From assembly GCA_977018835.1 (NCBI GenBank), contig OZ361256.1:5580001-5644000 (forward strand): a stretch of 64,000 nucleotides of DNA, in the 5' to 3' direction. This document shows, piece by piece, positions 22,531 through 33,437 of the stretch. This DNA comes from Minutocellus sp. GHC0000111 (Eukaryota). The first letter of the stretch is position 1. Every line of letters begins with the position of its first letter. A program made the position numbers and the translations under genes. Under the pieces are notes generated by a model, which was not told the origin of the DNA, did not search any database, and saw nothing but the letters and a program-made list of their open reading frames with translations.

Positions 22531-23937
22531 ATGCCGCCAATGAAGCGAAAGCACCACAGAATTGCTGCTCTAGGCATATCTTTGTTGTGCAATGATAGGC
22601 CAGCAGCAGTGGGATTTCAGCTCCCATCACCTTTTCCCCGCTCTCATACTGCTTCTTCGTCCCAGACCACCACAAGCGCCTCGACGACACCACTACACCT
22701 TTCCAACTCGGCCATTGACGACAAGTGGGGAGTTGACTTTGATGTTCCAGATCCAGCACCGATATTCCAATCGACTGCCGACGCAGTAGCAGAAGGTGCC
22801 TTTCGGTCCATATCGGCCGTCGTTTTGGGGAAAGAGAGGCCGGATCCTGCAGTGGCATCTAACGCTCGACGAAAGAGTCAAGTCGACTACCGACCGACGG
22901 TAGGGCGAGATAGGGAGCGATTGGGCATTGAAATTGCCGGTGCGAGGCATCTACTAAAAGAAATTGACACTCCACCGTTACCGGTGCCAGTATGTGACAA
23001 CATGGGACGGCCGGTAAGGGCATCTTTGGAAGATGTGGAGGGACGAGCAATTCGAAGAGTGAGCTTGATGTTAGCATCAAAGCTGGACAAGTTGGCAGAT
23101 GAGACAAGCCCAATATTGGTCTACTTCAACACAATACAGCAAACTTTGGTGGCATCGCGAGAGCTTTCACTACTCAAGCTAGAAGATCAAACCATGGACT
23201 ATGGCAAAATAAGAGTCTTGTGCCTGGAGGAAGGGTTGCCGGAGGATATTCGTAAACAATGCAAAGAGAGGATGCGAACGAATCGAAAGACACCTTTGAC
23301 TTCAGGTGCTGATCCAAGCAAAGGCATGGTCGTATTGGTACAGCCATCAGACGTCAACACCGAATATCGCCCCCCGGCGAATGCTTACGGAAAGGTCATG
23401 TCAGTGCAAACGTTGTTAGCACAAGCGTCCATAGCGAGCTTTCCTGTTGTCGTTGTAAGTCCCCGCCTGACTGAGCAGCATGCCGTCTACCAAAGGGAAA
23501 CTGGACGAACATCTGCGCGATGGAATTATCAAGAGACCGCAACATATGGCGGTTCTGAGCCGCCAACACCACCGGGGTCAACGCCCTGGCTCAGCGCCGA
23601 TTGGGCGGCACCGGTATTTGTATGGATCGCATCTGCTTTGGACATCGCGAAAAGAAACAGCGCGGCGTCTTTGCTCCATAGGATGGAGCTCGAGGACAAA
23701 GATCCTGGCAAATTCTCGTCGTTTTCGTACTGCAGCTCGGTTGGTCTAATGCAATCGGTCGTCGAAGAGGCAAGGCCGTGGCATATGTTTGCTGCCGTAG
23801 AGAACTACCATAGCGATACGTCGGAAACTGAGACGAAATATCATTATATGGGAAGTACACAGTCATCGAGTGGCAGGCCCTCTTCGAAGGTGATGGAGCA
23901 AGTGTGTCGGGAATGGGATCAAGTTTATCGAGAATAG
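22531..23937 (+). CDS. Conserved hypothetical protein, probably plastid-targeted (possibly DUF1995-like)
   Basis: 468-aa ORF; hydrophobic N-terminus then 'VG-F' and an S/T-rich transit-like stretch. Family call is weak. Confidence 0.65.
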   Translation: MPPMKRKHHRIAALGISLLCNDRPAAVGFQLPSPFPRSHTASSSQTTTSASTTPLHLSNSAIDDKWGVDFDVPDPAPIFQSTADAVAEGAFRSISAVVLGKERPDPAVASNARRKSQVDYRPTVGRDRERLGIEIAGARHLLKEIDTPPLPVPVCDNMGRPVRASLEDVEGRAIRRVSLMLASKLDKLADETSPILVYFNTIQQTLVASRELSLLKLEDQTMDYGKIRVLCLEEGLPEDIRKQCKERMRTNRKTPLTSGADPSKGMVVLVQPSDVNTEYRPPANAYGKVMSVQTLLAQASIASFPVVVVSPRLTEQHAVYQRETGRTSARWNYQETATYGGSEPPTPPGSTPWLSADWAAPVFVWIASALDIAKRNSAASLLHRMELEDKDPGKFSSFSYCSSVGLMQSVVEEARPWHMFAAVENYHSDTSETETKYHYMGSTQSSSGRPSSKVMEQVCREWDQVYRE

Positions 23938-24288
23938 AGTACAAGAAAATGGCATCAGACGCCATCTTCGTGCATGTGCGCCGTCCTTCCCCTTGAATCG
24001 ATATTACATTTCTTGTTGAAATGAAATTCATTCAAAGGAATACATCAAAAATGTACCTAGGTAACAAATCAGCAGTGAGTGCCGCTAGTTATCGTTACGG
24101 TACAGACATCTCATTACACACATAAATATATTGCATCATTTAAACATTTTCTCCATGTTCTTCGTCGGTGTTCAGGAGGTGGAACGACAGTAGCGACAAC
24201 TGCGAAGGCAACTGCGGCATCTCCAGCCACAGCATCGTCCAAACTCAAGACTCCGGGATCTTGCATGCACTACATGTACAACAATTTT

Positions 24289-24962
24289 CTACATAAACGT
24301 TTTTAACAAGTGGGAATTGCCTTCCGGAACAGCAGGATCGTACTTGCCTTGATGAACCCATGCTTGGCCGATCATCTTTTCATCCACCGCAATCTCACCC
24401 TTGTGCAGAGTTCGGTCATCTGTTCGTCCGTCAGCAAACGCAGGGAAGAAAAGCAGTGCGGATCCCTTCGTTGGTCTCATTGACAGAGTATTTCCCCAAC
24501 CATCGCGCAAGTCACGGAATTCCGTCGCACCACCCCTGTTTTCGTCGATCGTTCGCAAATACACAAGCAGAGTGGCTACGCGATTCCCTCCATTTCGGTC
24601 CAATTCCTCGTCTGGAAGGGCATCATAATGATACGAGAACTGTTTGCCGGTCTTATGTCGAACAAGCTGGGGCTCTTCGATGCGTTCAATTGGAAGGTTG
24701 TCAAGTAGGCGGCTGGTCTTGGCAAGCAGGGTTGGCACTTGGCGATACATGTAGTGTAAGAACCACGTTGTTGACGTGCGTGTGGCGAGACTAAGTGAAA
24801 AGGTCTTGCTATCAACCATCAGCGCACCGTCACCATGCGTTTCATCCTGTGAGGACAATGCAATGTATTCATCGCATTCCTCGTCAGTGAAAAAGTTGTC
24901 AATGGCTAACACCGGCGGTGCTATGCAGCAGTCGCAACTTGCAAACTTCATCGGTGCAGCAC
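24289..24962 (-). pseudogene. Truncated duplicate of the prolyl 4-hydroxylase-like gene
   Basis: Aligns with about 33496-34135; lacks both termini; has substitutions and a 6-bp insertion. Confidence 0.9.
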
Positions 24963-25127
24963 AACAATACGCATTTTTTTTCTAAATATTACATGTCGAT
25001 CTACAACATCATCGGGCTTTCCTTTGATAATCAACTACTAGCTAGCACCGGTAATTGAACTTCGTTCTGCTTCATCTACACATCTTCGTGTACGTCTAGC
25101 TAGTAGGTCGTAGGTAGCAAACAGAGC

Positions 25128-25936
25128 TTAGGGACGGTGACCAACACACCAGATCGTCATCGTATGGGCGGGATGGTCAGAAAAGGCAGCTGTGTCGTAA
25201 TTATTGGTGTCAATGCACTCGATGTCAACAAAGCCCGCAGCATGCACAAACTGTCCGAGGTTATGGGGACTCCAGGTGTAAATGTGGAAGGATGAGTTTG
25301 GCTTGTCACACGATCGACCGCAGTCATTGCCCTCGAGACCGCAGCCAGCATGTTCGAAGGGAACAGCCAGGTAAAATAGTCCTGTTTCGGGTCGGAGCTT
25401 GGTCTTGGCGCACTGGAGAGAGAGAAGGGGATGAGGATGGTGCTCAAAACTGTGGTTAGAACACACAACGTCGACGGAATCGTCGTCCAGTTCGCTCCAC
25501 TTTCCCACCGACACGACGTTGGACGGGTGGGCGGCGCGGGCGACGGGATTGATTTCGAAGCAACACCGTTGCGATGCCTCCTCGAGCTCGCTAAGCATGA
25601 AGCCGCCTCCACAACCAATGTCCGCGACAACGCTACCGGCGATGGTGTGCGAATTTCTCAGATTGTTTGCACCCGGCACTGCCGTCTGCTCTCCTAACTT
25701 TTTTGCCACTCAAAGCAAGAGGCATCGTAGTGCGCGTCGGGCCCGCCCTCCATGTTCCATTCCATGTCGCAGATGGCGGCGGACGACTGCAACGAGAACG
25801 AGGGCTGCTGCTCAGAAAGGGCTCTGTTCATGACAGGGGCTTGCTGGTTGTGGCTTGCATGTCCATAATAACCGAGGGTGGCGACAGTGGCCCCGATGGC
25901 AAAGCCGAGAGCAAGGGAGTTGTGCTTGGAGAACAT
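25128..25936 (-). CDS. Class I SAM-dependent methyltransferase with N-terminal membrane anchor; frameshift at 25699-25704; may be decaying
   Basis: 'VADIGCGGG', 'FEINP', 'DVV.SNHSFEH'; upstream ORF 25694..25936 joins if A6 is A7. Confidence 0.8.
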
Positions 25937-26497
25937 GCTCGGTGAGGAGTTTTGCGACGAAAGGGAGGAAGAGTTCGAGAAAGGATAAAGGGTTGCCGAT
26001 GTGAGCTTCAGAGGAATGTTTATGAGGCCGTGCTTCTACTTTGAGAACAAACAAATAATGAGAGAAAAGTGCTGGGCAATTTGTTCGGCCGACGCGCGCC
26101 TCATTACACCGATGGATTCGGGCCATTGCATGGCGCAAAATGCCTTCGTTGAAAATGTCTTCGTTGGGGCCACATAAGCCCTCGCGATGACCCCATCCAA
26201 CAATTGCCCTGCCGAGCTCACATCGGCAACCCTTTGTGTCCTTTCTCGAACTCGCTCTTCCTCCTACATACTAAGTAGCTACTAGGCCTAGATAGAGCGA
26301 GGCCGAGGACAAGCTCTTCGTCAAAGAAGGAAAGCAAGAAGCAAGTTCTACAAGTACCAGTACGTACTGTAAGTAGCAGTACGTAATATTGGGCTAGGCA
26401 TACTGGTGATCTCTTGTTTATTTCTTCGAATAGTTGTCAGCATCTTTCGAGACAATACTACGTACAACTACAAGTACGAAGAAGTTTCAGTGGAGCG

Positions 26498-27810
26498 ATG
26501 ACAATGGCGAAGAGCAGGAGAACCACCGTCGCCGCCGCTGCTGCTTCGCTCTTGGCCGCTGCGGCCCTCCTGTCGTTTGTAGACGATGCCGCGAGCGTGA
26601 TGCCACTACTTCTGGGAACGGGGGCATCTCTCGGCCGACAGCTTGCCGCAATTGACAATGGCAGTGCCAAGAAGGTCGCATACCTCTTCATCTCATCGGG
26701 CAGCATTTCGCACGAAAAAATATGGGAGTCGTGGCTCGGTGTCAACTATGATGCTCCCAACGCCGGTGCGGACGAAGCACCCAGACTTATTCCGCAGAAC
26801 GAGGCCCGGGCCAATGTTTATGTCCACGCATCGGACATCAGCGCCCGTCGCGCTTTTGACATTGGTGTCGACGCCGAGAAGCAACCTGGACATGGGCCGT
26901 ACTTCACTTCCAAGATCATCCCGTCAGTCCCAACCGAGTATTACACCAACCTTCATGATGCCAGTAAGTAGACAAATTGTATGCATGGCTATATTTGTGG
27001 TGGTGGTAGGTGGTAGTATTTGCGCACATGACATATCCCTTACCAACTTCTTTATTGACTTTTTCGCCTCTTTGCCCCGAATGCATGCATGCAGTGATCC
27101 AACTGCTGCTATACGCCGCCGCTGACCCTAGCAATGATCGCTTCGTCTTCCTAAGTGACAGCCATATTCCCATCTTATCGTTCGACAAGATGTACGACGA
27201 GATAATGGAAGACGAAAAGTCTAGATTTTGCTTTAATCCGCTAGCCCAGACACAGAGGATATGGTCGAGTCTACCAGAGCTGAATATTCCAATTGAAGAT
27301 CAGCGAGTAGCGAGTCAATGGTCTGTGCTTGCCCGAGATCACGTCAACCTAACACTGCGCAATCTCCACACTCTCAACGAATGGACCCAAACCAGTGTTG
27401 CCAAGGTCGTCAAGAATGGCTTCAATCGTGGCTCGGCCGACGAGAAGCTGTTGCCAACCTTCCTCCAGACCTTGGCCGGAGAGGAAGCCTTTTCTACTTG
27501 TGACTCCAACCCGGACAAAATGTCTGGATGCTGCACAACGTATGTGGAGTGGAAGACAACGAAACCTAGTGAAAATACACTTATTCCCAGTCTCGGCAGT
27601 GACAAGTGCAAGGGAGCTGTTGGGTCTCATCCTTGCACTTATTTAGAGGTGACCCTTCGAAATTTGATAGAGCTGCGAAGGGCAGGATTTCTCTTTTTGA
27701 GGAAAGTTGCCGACGACGCTGTGTGGGTCCCCGAAGAAGAAGAACAGAAAAACGGCAGGCAGCTCGGCGCAGGATCGTCGCTCATTGATGGGCTCGTCGC
27801 TCATTGGTGA
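26498..27810 (+). CDS. GT14-like (core-2/I-branching, DUF266) glycosyltransferase; intron 26964-27094
   Basis: 'KVAYLF', 'VYVH', 'NDRFVFLSDSHIPI.SF', 'SQW..L.R.H', 'DE...PT', 'TYVEW', 'FLRK'; signal anchor; GTAAGT...GCAG intron. Confidence 0.85.
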
Positions 27811-28268
27811 GCTGCTATCATGGTACCAATGGTGGCATGGACCAATGAAATCAAAATAGAATTCAGACATGTAACATAAAGTGCGGCGCGGTGAAATCAA
27901 TGGAAAATTTGGACATGTCACATTAGTATTCGTCCACAATCCCTAGCTAGTGTTTCCGCGGTTAAGGCTAATCAACAGCATGAAATCCTCACGAGAGATG
28001 GACGTCAAGAGCGCGCGAGCCGGCCTCGTGCGTTGGCCCGCCATTGAAACAGGGAGATTGTTTCATTTTACAGCAAAGCAAGGTCATTGTTCGAATGGCG
28101 TCATGCTCATTTTCCCAGGAGCATCTTAATTCGTACCTACGTAGGTGCCGGTGCGTAGTGGGTGTAACAGTGGGAAGGTGGAAAGGCCGCCGACGCCACA
28201 ACGGCCCACACCTTGAAGAAATCAAATCCATTTTGTACACAATGTCACACACACACACAACACATGCA

Positions 28269-28376
28269 ACCCCTGGCATGTATAGGGCGCATCTCTCGAT
28301 GAGGAATTTCCTCTATGGTGAGAGAGAACAATTTGGCCACCAAGGTGGGTGGTAGATAAGGTGGCATGGTAAGGGT
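28269..28376 (+). pseudogene. Remnant of the 3' end of the GT32 gene
   Basis: Two blocks match 31232-31351 (acccctggcatgta...; caatttggc.accaaggtgg...gtagataaggt.gcat). Confidence 0.75.
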
Positions 28377-28502
28377 AGACAATTTGCATGTTTATCCACA
28401 TGGTTTATCGGTCTCCAAGTATAGATAGGGGCCGGTGTCATAATAATTGCTTTTGTGTGTGCCATCAACTTGCTACATGTATGCACAGTGTGGATTCAAA
28501 GC

Positions 28503-28506
<4 letters not shown>

Positions 28507-28533
<27 letters not shown>
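28507..28533. repeat. (TG)n microsatellite
   Basis: About 13 TG units. Confidence 0.95.
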
Positions 28534-28589
28534 ATTCTACATGTAGTGCAGTTAGAAAGCGCAGAGCATAGAATTCAATAGTTACACAT

Positions 28590-29699
28590 TTACAACTGAT
28601 AATCCTCCTCTCCCATCCAGGCTGCCTCGGGCGGCATCAGATCCCCATCGTAATCCCTCTCCGCGGCCATGGTCCTCCTCCCATCTTTACGAGTTTCTTC
28701 AACAATCTCCGTCGGATAATCAAAGGCCACAAAGTCGTCCTTGTAAAACTCAGCAATGAGCTTGCGCGATTCGGCGTCAAAGTCGTGGACGGTAAGCTTC
28801 CTTTTGATCGCGCGGTTGGGAGCGTTGGCCGTTGGTTCCTCGGTAAGTTGGGCGTCGATGTCGTAGGTCCTCATGAGGGCGGCAAAGTCTTCCTGCAGAG
28901 TCTCATACTTGAGGACGTGGTCGACGATCCGCTTGCCCATCCGGTGCAACCGTTGGACCTTGGGGTCATCCTCGTCATCGTCGATGGGTTCGTAACGAAT
29001 GTCGTAGACAAAGTGCGATTGGGGGATCACAGCCTTGGAGGAGACTGAAATTTGTTCGAATTCGATCGTCTCCTTGTCGTCCACGGCGCCCAGGCGCCGG
29101 TTCGTCTCGAGCCGTCTCGCTTGCTCCCTCACTTGCTCCAGAGGCTTCTTCAGCCGCGCCTTCACGTACCAGTTGAGAGTGGACGGTAACGACTTGTCCT
29201 TGTCGCCGCTGTACCCGTGAAACCGACAGTGGTACGAGCTGAGCATCCTCGAATACGGATCCCTCACGACGGTGAACGTCTTCTTCTCCTCCATCGGATT
29301 CGGATCGAGCCAGTGCGGCGGGGTGTGCCACACGTCGCGGCCTTTGTCGCGGAAGTCCAGCCGCCGCGCGCGGAACGCCGTCTGGTCCAGCCGCTCCGGA
29401 GCGTCGCTGGGCAGGCCACATCCCAGTCCAAAGTCCTCACGGTTGCCGTAGAAGGCGTTGAGGTTGATGTAGTGGCAGGCCCCCCAGCTTACCCCCGCCT
29501 TGCCTCCGGCTCGTTCTACCGCCGTCCCGCCGGTCTTGGGGATATGTACGAACTCAAGTTGCTGCGTATGCGACGGTGGCTTTTCCTTGCTGGTGCTGCT
29601 GCGAAGGATGCGCGACAGGCGCTGCTCGCGTCCCGGTCCTCCGGCGTCGGGAAGGAGCAGCGAGCGTCCCAACCTTGACCTCTTCTGTCTCGCTGCCAT
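28590..29699 (-). CDS. Sulfotransferase (Sulfotransfer_2-like)
   Basis: 5'-PSB 'FVHIPKTGGTAVE', 3'-PB 'FTVVRDPYSRMLSSY', 'PQSHF', 'FYKDDF..FDY'. Confidence 0.9.
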   Translation of the reverse strand: MAARQKRSRLGRSLLLPDAGGPGREQRLSRILRSSTSKEKPPSHTQQLEFVHIPKTGGTAVERAGGKAGVSWGACHYINLNAFYGNREDFGLGCGLPSDAPERLDQTAFRARRLDFRDKGRDVWHTPPHWLDPNPMEEKKTFTVVRDPYSRMLSSYHCRFHGYSGDKDKSLPSTLNWYVKARLKKPLEQVREQARRLETNRRLGAVDDKETIEFEQISVSSKAVIPQSHFVYDIRYEPIDDDEDDPKVQRLHRMGKRIVDHVLKYETLQEDFAALMRTYDIDAQLTEEPTANAPNRAIKRKLTVHDFDAESRKLIAEFYKDDFVAFDYPTEIVEETRKDGRRTMAAERDYDGDLMPPEAAWMGEEDYQL

Positions 29700-30179
29700 T
29701 GCTGCGCTTCTTGACTTCGTGTTCACTAAATATTATTTTTGCATGCTCACGGTGCAGCAAAGAATTTTTCAATTTGCTTGCTCTACTACGTAGGAATTCC
29801 TAGAGTAGCTACGTAGAGTCGAGAGCACGACGAGTAAGGGCAATTGCTGCTGGCGTCATTTTTGGCGCGCGGGGTCATGGGGCCATACCTAGGTAGGCCT
29901 AGTAGGCGGAAAGACCCAAGAAAGACCCGATACATATCAGATCGGCATAATGAGGCGACGCAGCCAAAGAATGAATCCTACGTAGCAAAGTACTAGCTAG
30001 ACTAGTAGGCCGAGGATAAGCTCTTCGTCAAAGGAAAGCAAAGTGCGGTTCTACAAATAAATACCAGTACGTAACATTGGGCTAGGCATGCTGGTGATCT
30101 CTTGTTTATTTCTTCGAATAGTTGTCAGCATCTTTCGAGACAATACTACGTACAAGTACGAAGAAGTTTCAGTGGAGCG

Positions 30180-31337
30180 ATGACAATGGCGAAGAGCAGG
30201 AGAACCACCGTCGCCGCCGCTGCTGCTTCGCTCTTGGCCGCTGCGGCCCTCCTGTTGTTTGCAGACGAGTCCGACACCGCGAGAGTGTTGCCACTTCTGA
30301 GAACGGGGGCATCTCTCGGCCGACAGCTTGCTGCTGTGATCGCCCCGAAGGAACAGCCTCGTTTCTACGGCAACCTCAGCCTTGCTAACGCGGCCAAAAT
30401 GGTCGAGAGCAGCATGCGTCGAAAAGGCATCGAGGCCGAGGCCGCCACCACCGCTACCACCAGCAAGATCCCCAAAACTATGTGCATGTTCTGGGAAACG
30501 GGGTGGGACACGGCGCACCAAACCGCGCAGCTTGCCCGCGGAACGTGCCGCGACATGAATCCTGGATACCAATTCCTCGCCCTCAACGGCACGTCGGCCG
30601 ACGAGCTGGTCGACCGATCCACACACATCCCCGACGACGTCTGGGACAAGATCACGGTCCAGGCCCGGTCCGACATTCTTCGGACCATGATCCTGGAACG
30701 GCACGGCGGGATCTGGGCCGACGCCACGCTGTTCTGCAGCGTCCCCTTCGACATGTGGCTGGAGCAGCTGGAGCCGGGTGGAGATCTCATAACCTTCCGC
30801 CGCCACGACAAGGGTGCCGTGGGCATCGATCCGTGGATCACGTCGTGGTTCCTCGCCGCCCCCCGGGGATCGTACACCGTCCAAAAAATTTGGGATGTCA
30901 TCACCGACCCGGCCGAGTTCTACCGGTTCCAGAAGGAATATTTTTGGTGGCACCGCCTCGTGGCCGAATTGGCCAACGGCGACGAGCGCATCGGCCAGCG
31001 CATCCGGACGGTCTTCCCCTCGGCCAACCCCATGCACTGCCTAAACGACCACGGGTTTGATCATCATCTCGCCCCCGTCTTCAAGCGGTGCAACTTTGAG
31101 GAAATGTCGCAAGCCTACCAACGATCGGTCCATTGCTGCGGAAATTCCAATTCGCAATTGTCTGGCGAGCAGGAGCTCTCTGCTAGTAGTGTGACGTGCG
31201 AGGATTTCGACTGCGAGAACTTTTTCGATCTACCCCTGGCATGTAGGGCACATCCTCCTCAATCATCTGAAGGCAAGGAGGCCCATGAGGAATGGAAGGG
31301 CAATTTGGCTACCAAGGTGGTAGATAAGGTAGCATAG
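30180..31337 (+). CDS. GT32-like DxD glycosyltransferase (capsular polysaccharide synthesis family)
   Basis: 'KIPKT...FWETGW', 'RSDILR..IL.RHGGIWADAT', 'SWFLAA'; signal anchor. Confidence 0.88.
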   Translation: MTMAKSRRTTVAAAAASLLAAAALLLFADESDTARVLPLLRTGASLGRQLAAVIAPKEQPRFYGNLSLANAAKMVESSMRRKGIEAEAATTATTSKIPKTMCMFWETGWDTAHQTAQLARGTCRDMNPGYQFLALNGTSADELVDRSTHIPDDVWDKITVQARSDILRTMILERHGGIWADATLFCSVPFDMWLEQLEPGGDLITFRRHDKGAVGIDPWITSWFLAAPRGSYTVQKIWDVITDPAEFYRFQKEYFWWHRLVAELANGDERIGQRIRTVFPSANPMHCLNDHGFDHHLAPVFKRCNFEEMSQAYQRSVHCCGNSNSQLSGEQELSASSVTCEDFDCENFFDLPLACRAHPPQSSEGKEAHEEWKGNLATKVVDKVA

Positions 31338-31752
31338 TCTTTAGTAAGGGTGCAGCCCTTCTCTAGTGTCTAGCGTCAGCAGGCGTTGAGCAGCACATGT
31401 AAAAGAGATAAAACGACTATGTAGAAATTTGTTATACATGTAAAAGAGATACGTCTAGTAGGAGCTAGGAGAAGGTGCATGTGTGATGCTTTTGATAGGA
31501 ATTCCTATGCACATAGATGGCACAGTCAGTGAGATTTCCTTCCACAAGGGACACATGGACTGTACGCACTGGTCAGACTGAATTAAGATGTCAAGTGATG
31601 GCCTGATTAGATCTTTTTCGTGGTGCATGTGAATTATGCTACTCCTAGCTACCTATTCGCTAGCTACGTAGTAACGACGGATGCACAAGCTAGCCACTGA
31701 AAGGTTAGCATGATCCTGCTACATGTGCATCAAATAATGGTCGCAAGTCACC

Positions 31753-32015
31753 GGTGGTGAGAATTTGACCGTTGCTCCTGCAGCGATAACCTAACTTCTA
31801 CTACGTAGCGTATTCTTTGCTAATTTGAAATATGTGGCTTGCTCGGCGGTAATCTACTAGGAGTCCTACATCGGTTCGTCAGCTGGAACAGTGGGCCTGC
31901 ATGGTTGAGCTTTGCTCCCAGCAGGAATGAGCTGTTTGTCGTTGGTGGTGAGACTTGACCGTTGGTCTTTGTAGCAACGATCACCTAATTCCTACTAGCA
32001 TTCTTTGCTGATTTG
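31753..32015. repeat. Degenerate ~73-bp direct repeat pair (31753-31827 and 31944-32015)
   Basis: ggtggtgaga..tgaccgttg...cctaa...ctacta..gc..attctttgct.atttg present twice. Confidence 0.8.
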
Positions 32016-32144
32016 CACTTTACAGTCTGTGAGATTTATTTCATGCTAGGAGTGGGTTCGGTAGTGAAAAAGAGAACTTTTCGATTTTTGGCTCGTGTTT
32101 TTTGCCTCAAAATTTGTGCTTGGACCCAAATCCTGCCCGGAATC

Positions 32145-32594
32145 TCGTTCTGCTTCATCTACACATCTTCGTGTGCGTCTAGCTAGTGTAGTAGGTCGTA
32201 GGTAGCAAACAGCGCTTAGGGACGGCGACCAACACACCAGATCGTCATCGCATGGGCGGGATGGTCAGAAAAGGCAGCTGTGTCGTGATTGTTGGTGTCA
32301 ATGCACTCGATGTCAACAAAGCCCGCAGCATGCATAAACTGTCCGAGGTCACGGGGACTCCAGGTGTAAATGTGGAAGGATGAGTTTGGCTTGTCACACG
32401 ATCGACCGCAGTCATTGCCCTCGAGACCGCAGCCAGCATGTTCGAAGGGAACAGCCAGGTAAAGTGGTCCTGTTTCGGGTCGGAGCTTGGTCTTGGCGCA
32501 CTGGAGAGAGACAAGGGGATGAGGATGGTGCTCAAAACTGTGGTTAGAACACATGACGTCGACGGAATCGTCGTCCAGTTCGCTCCACTTTCCC
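32145..32594 (-). pseudogene. 3' fragment of the methyltransferase gene plus its 3' flank
   Basis: Aligns with 25062-25506; SAM-binding motif I is missing. Confidence 0.92.
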
Positions 32595-33331
32595 CCAAAC
32601 GGCGCAGCTGGGCCATGTCTGATCGATCAATGCCATGTCAAGTCGCGGTTGGTCTCCATTCGATCAAAGAAAACAAAAAAGAGACTGTTACATTAGTCCA
32701 GGAAACCCAAATGTGCCCTCTTACAGCGACTCCGGTTTCACCCTATCCGACCGAGAAGTCAGGGTGGGCAATTTGATAGAAGTGACTCTCTGCCATTTGG
32801 GAAGAAAAATCTAACATGTGCTCAAAACCTTGACAAAGGATAGCATTTATCTAAAAGCACTTAACATTCAATTTTACACTCTTATGCGATACGCTTAATA
32901 AGTCACCAAGACTTATCGGGTGATGAGCTGAGTTACTGGGCGCTGAGGGCGCGTTAGCTCCCGAAATTTCCAGTAATTCCACTCATTGCCCGCTATGTTT
33001 TGGTAATTTATGAAGGTAATGCTCGACTTGGGGTTATGAAAATTCTAATACCATCTTGATGTACCAACATCGCGTTACTCGACCGGAGCCAATAACACAG
33101 AACAATAAAACCAGAATGGGCATGATTTTCATGAGCCAAGTCCAGCATTACAAAGAGATTTATGCTGAATGGATCTAATGCAAGTATTGATTTTTGAGGT
33201 ATGGAGAATTAATATTGTCTACTAGTATGTGCAAACAAGAGAAAGGGCATTGCATGCTTGAATCTTTACGATCCCATAGAGTGATGAGGTCGTAAAGAGG
33301 ATTCAGAAACTTGTTGTAAGCTCAAAAGAGA

Positions 33332-33392
33332 CCTTCGTCGAAGGAAATGGAGCAAGTATATCGGGAATGGGATCAAGTCTATCGAGAATAGA
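33332..33392 (+). pseudogene. Remnant of the 3' end of the 22531..23937 gene
   Basis: Matches 23878-23938 (PSSK.MEQV.REWDQVYRE*). Confidence 0.85.
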
Positions 33393-33437
33393 CAGTGAAT
33401 GTAATACCTAGTAGTAGAATACCATTTCACGGCTAGC

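Noticed and set aside
33264..33297. Stem-loop CTTTACGA...TCGTAAAG containing GTGATGA
   Set aside because: Single short hairpin with no D box and no second copy.
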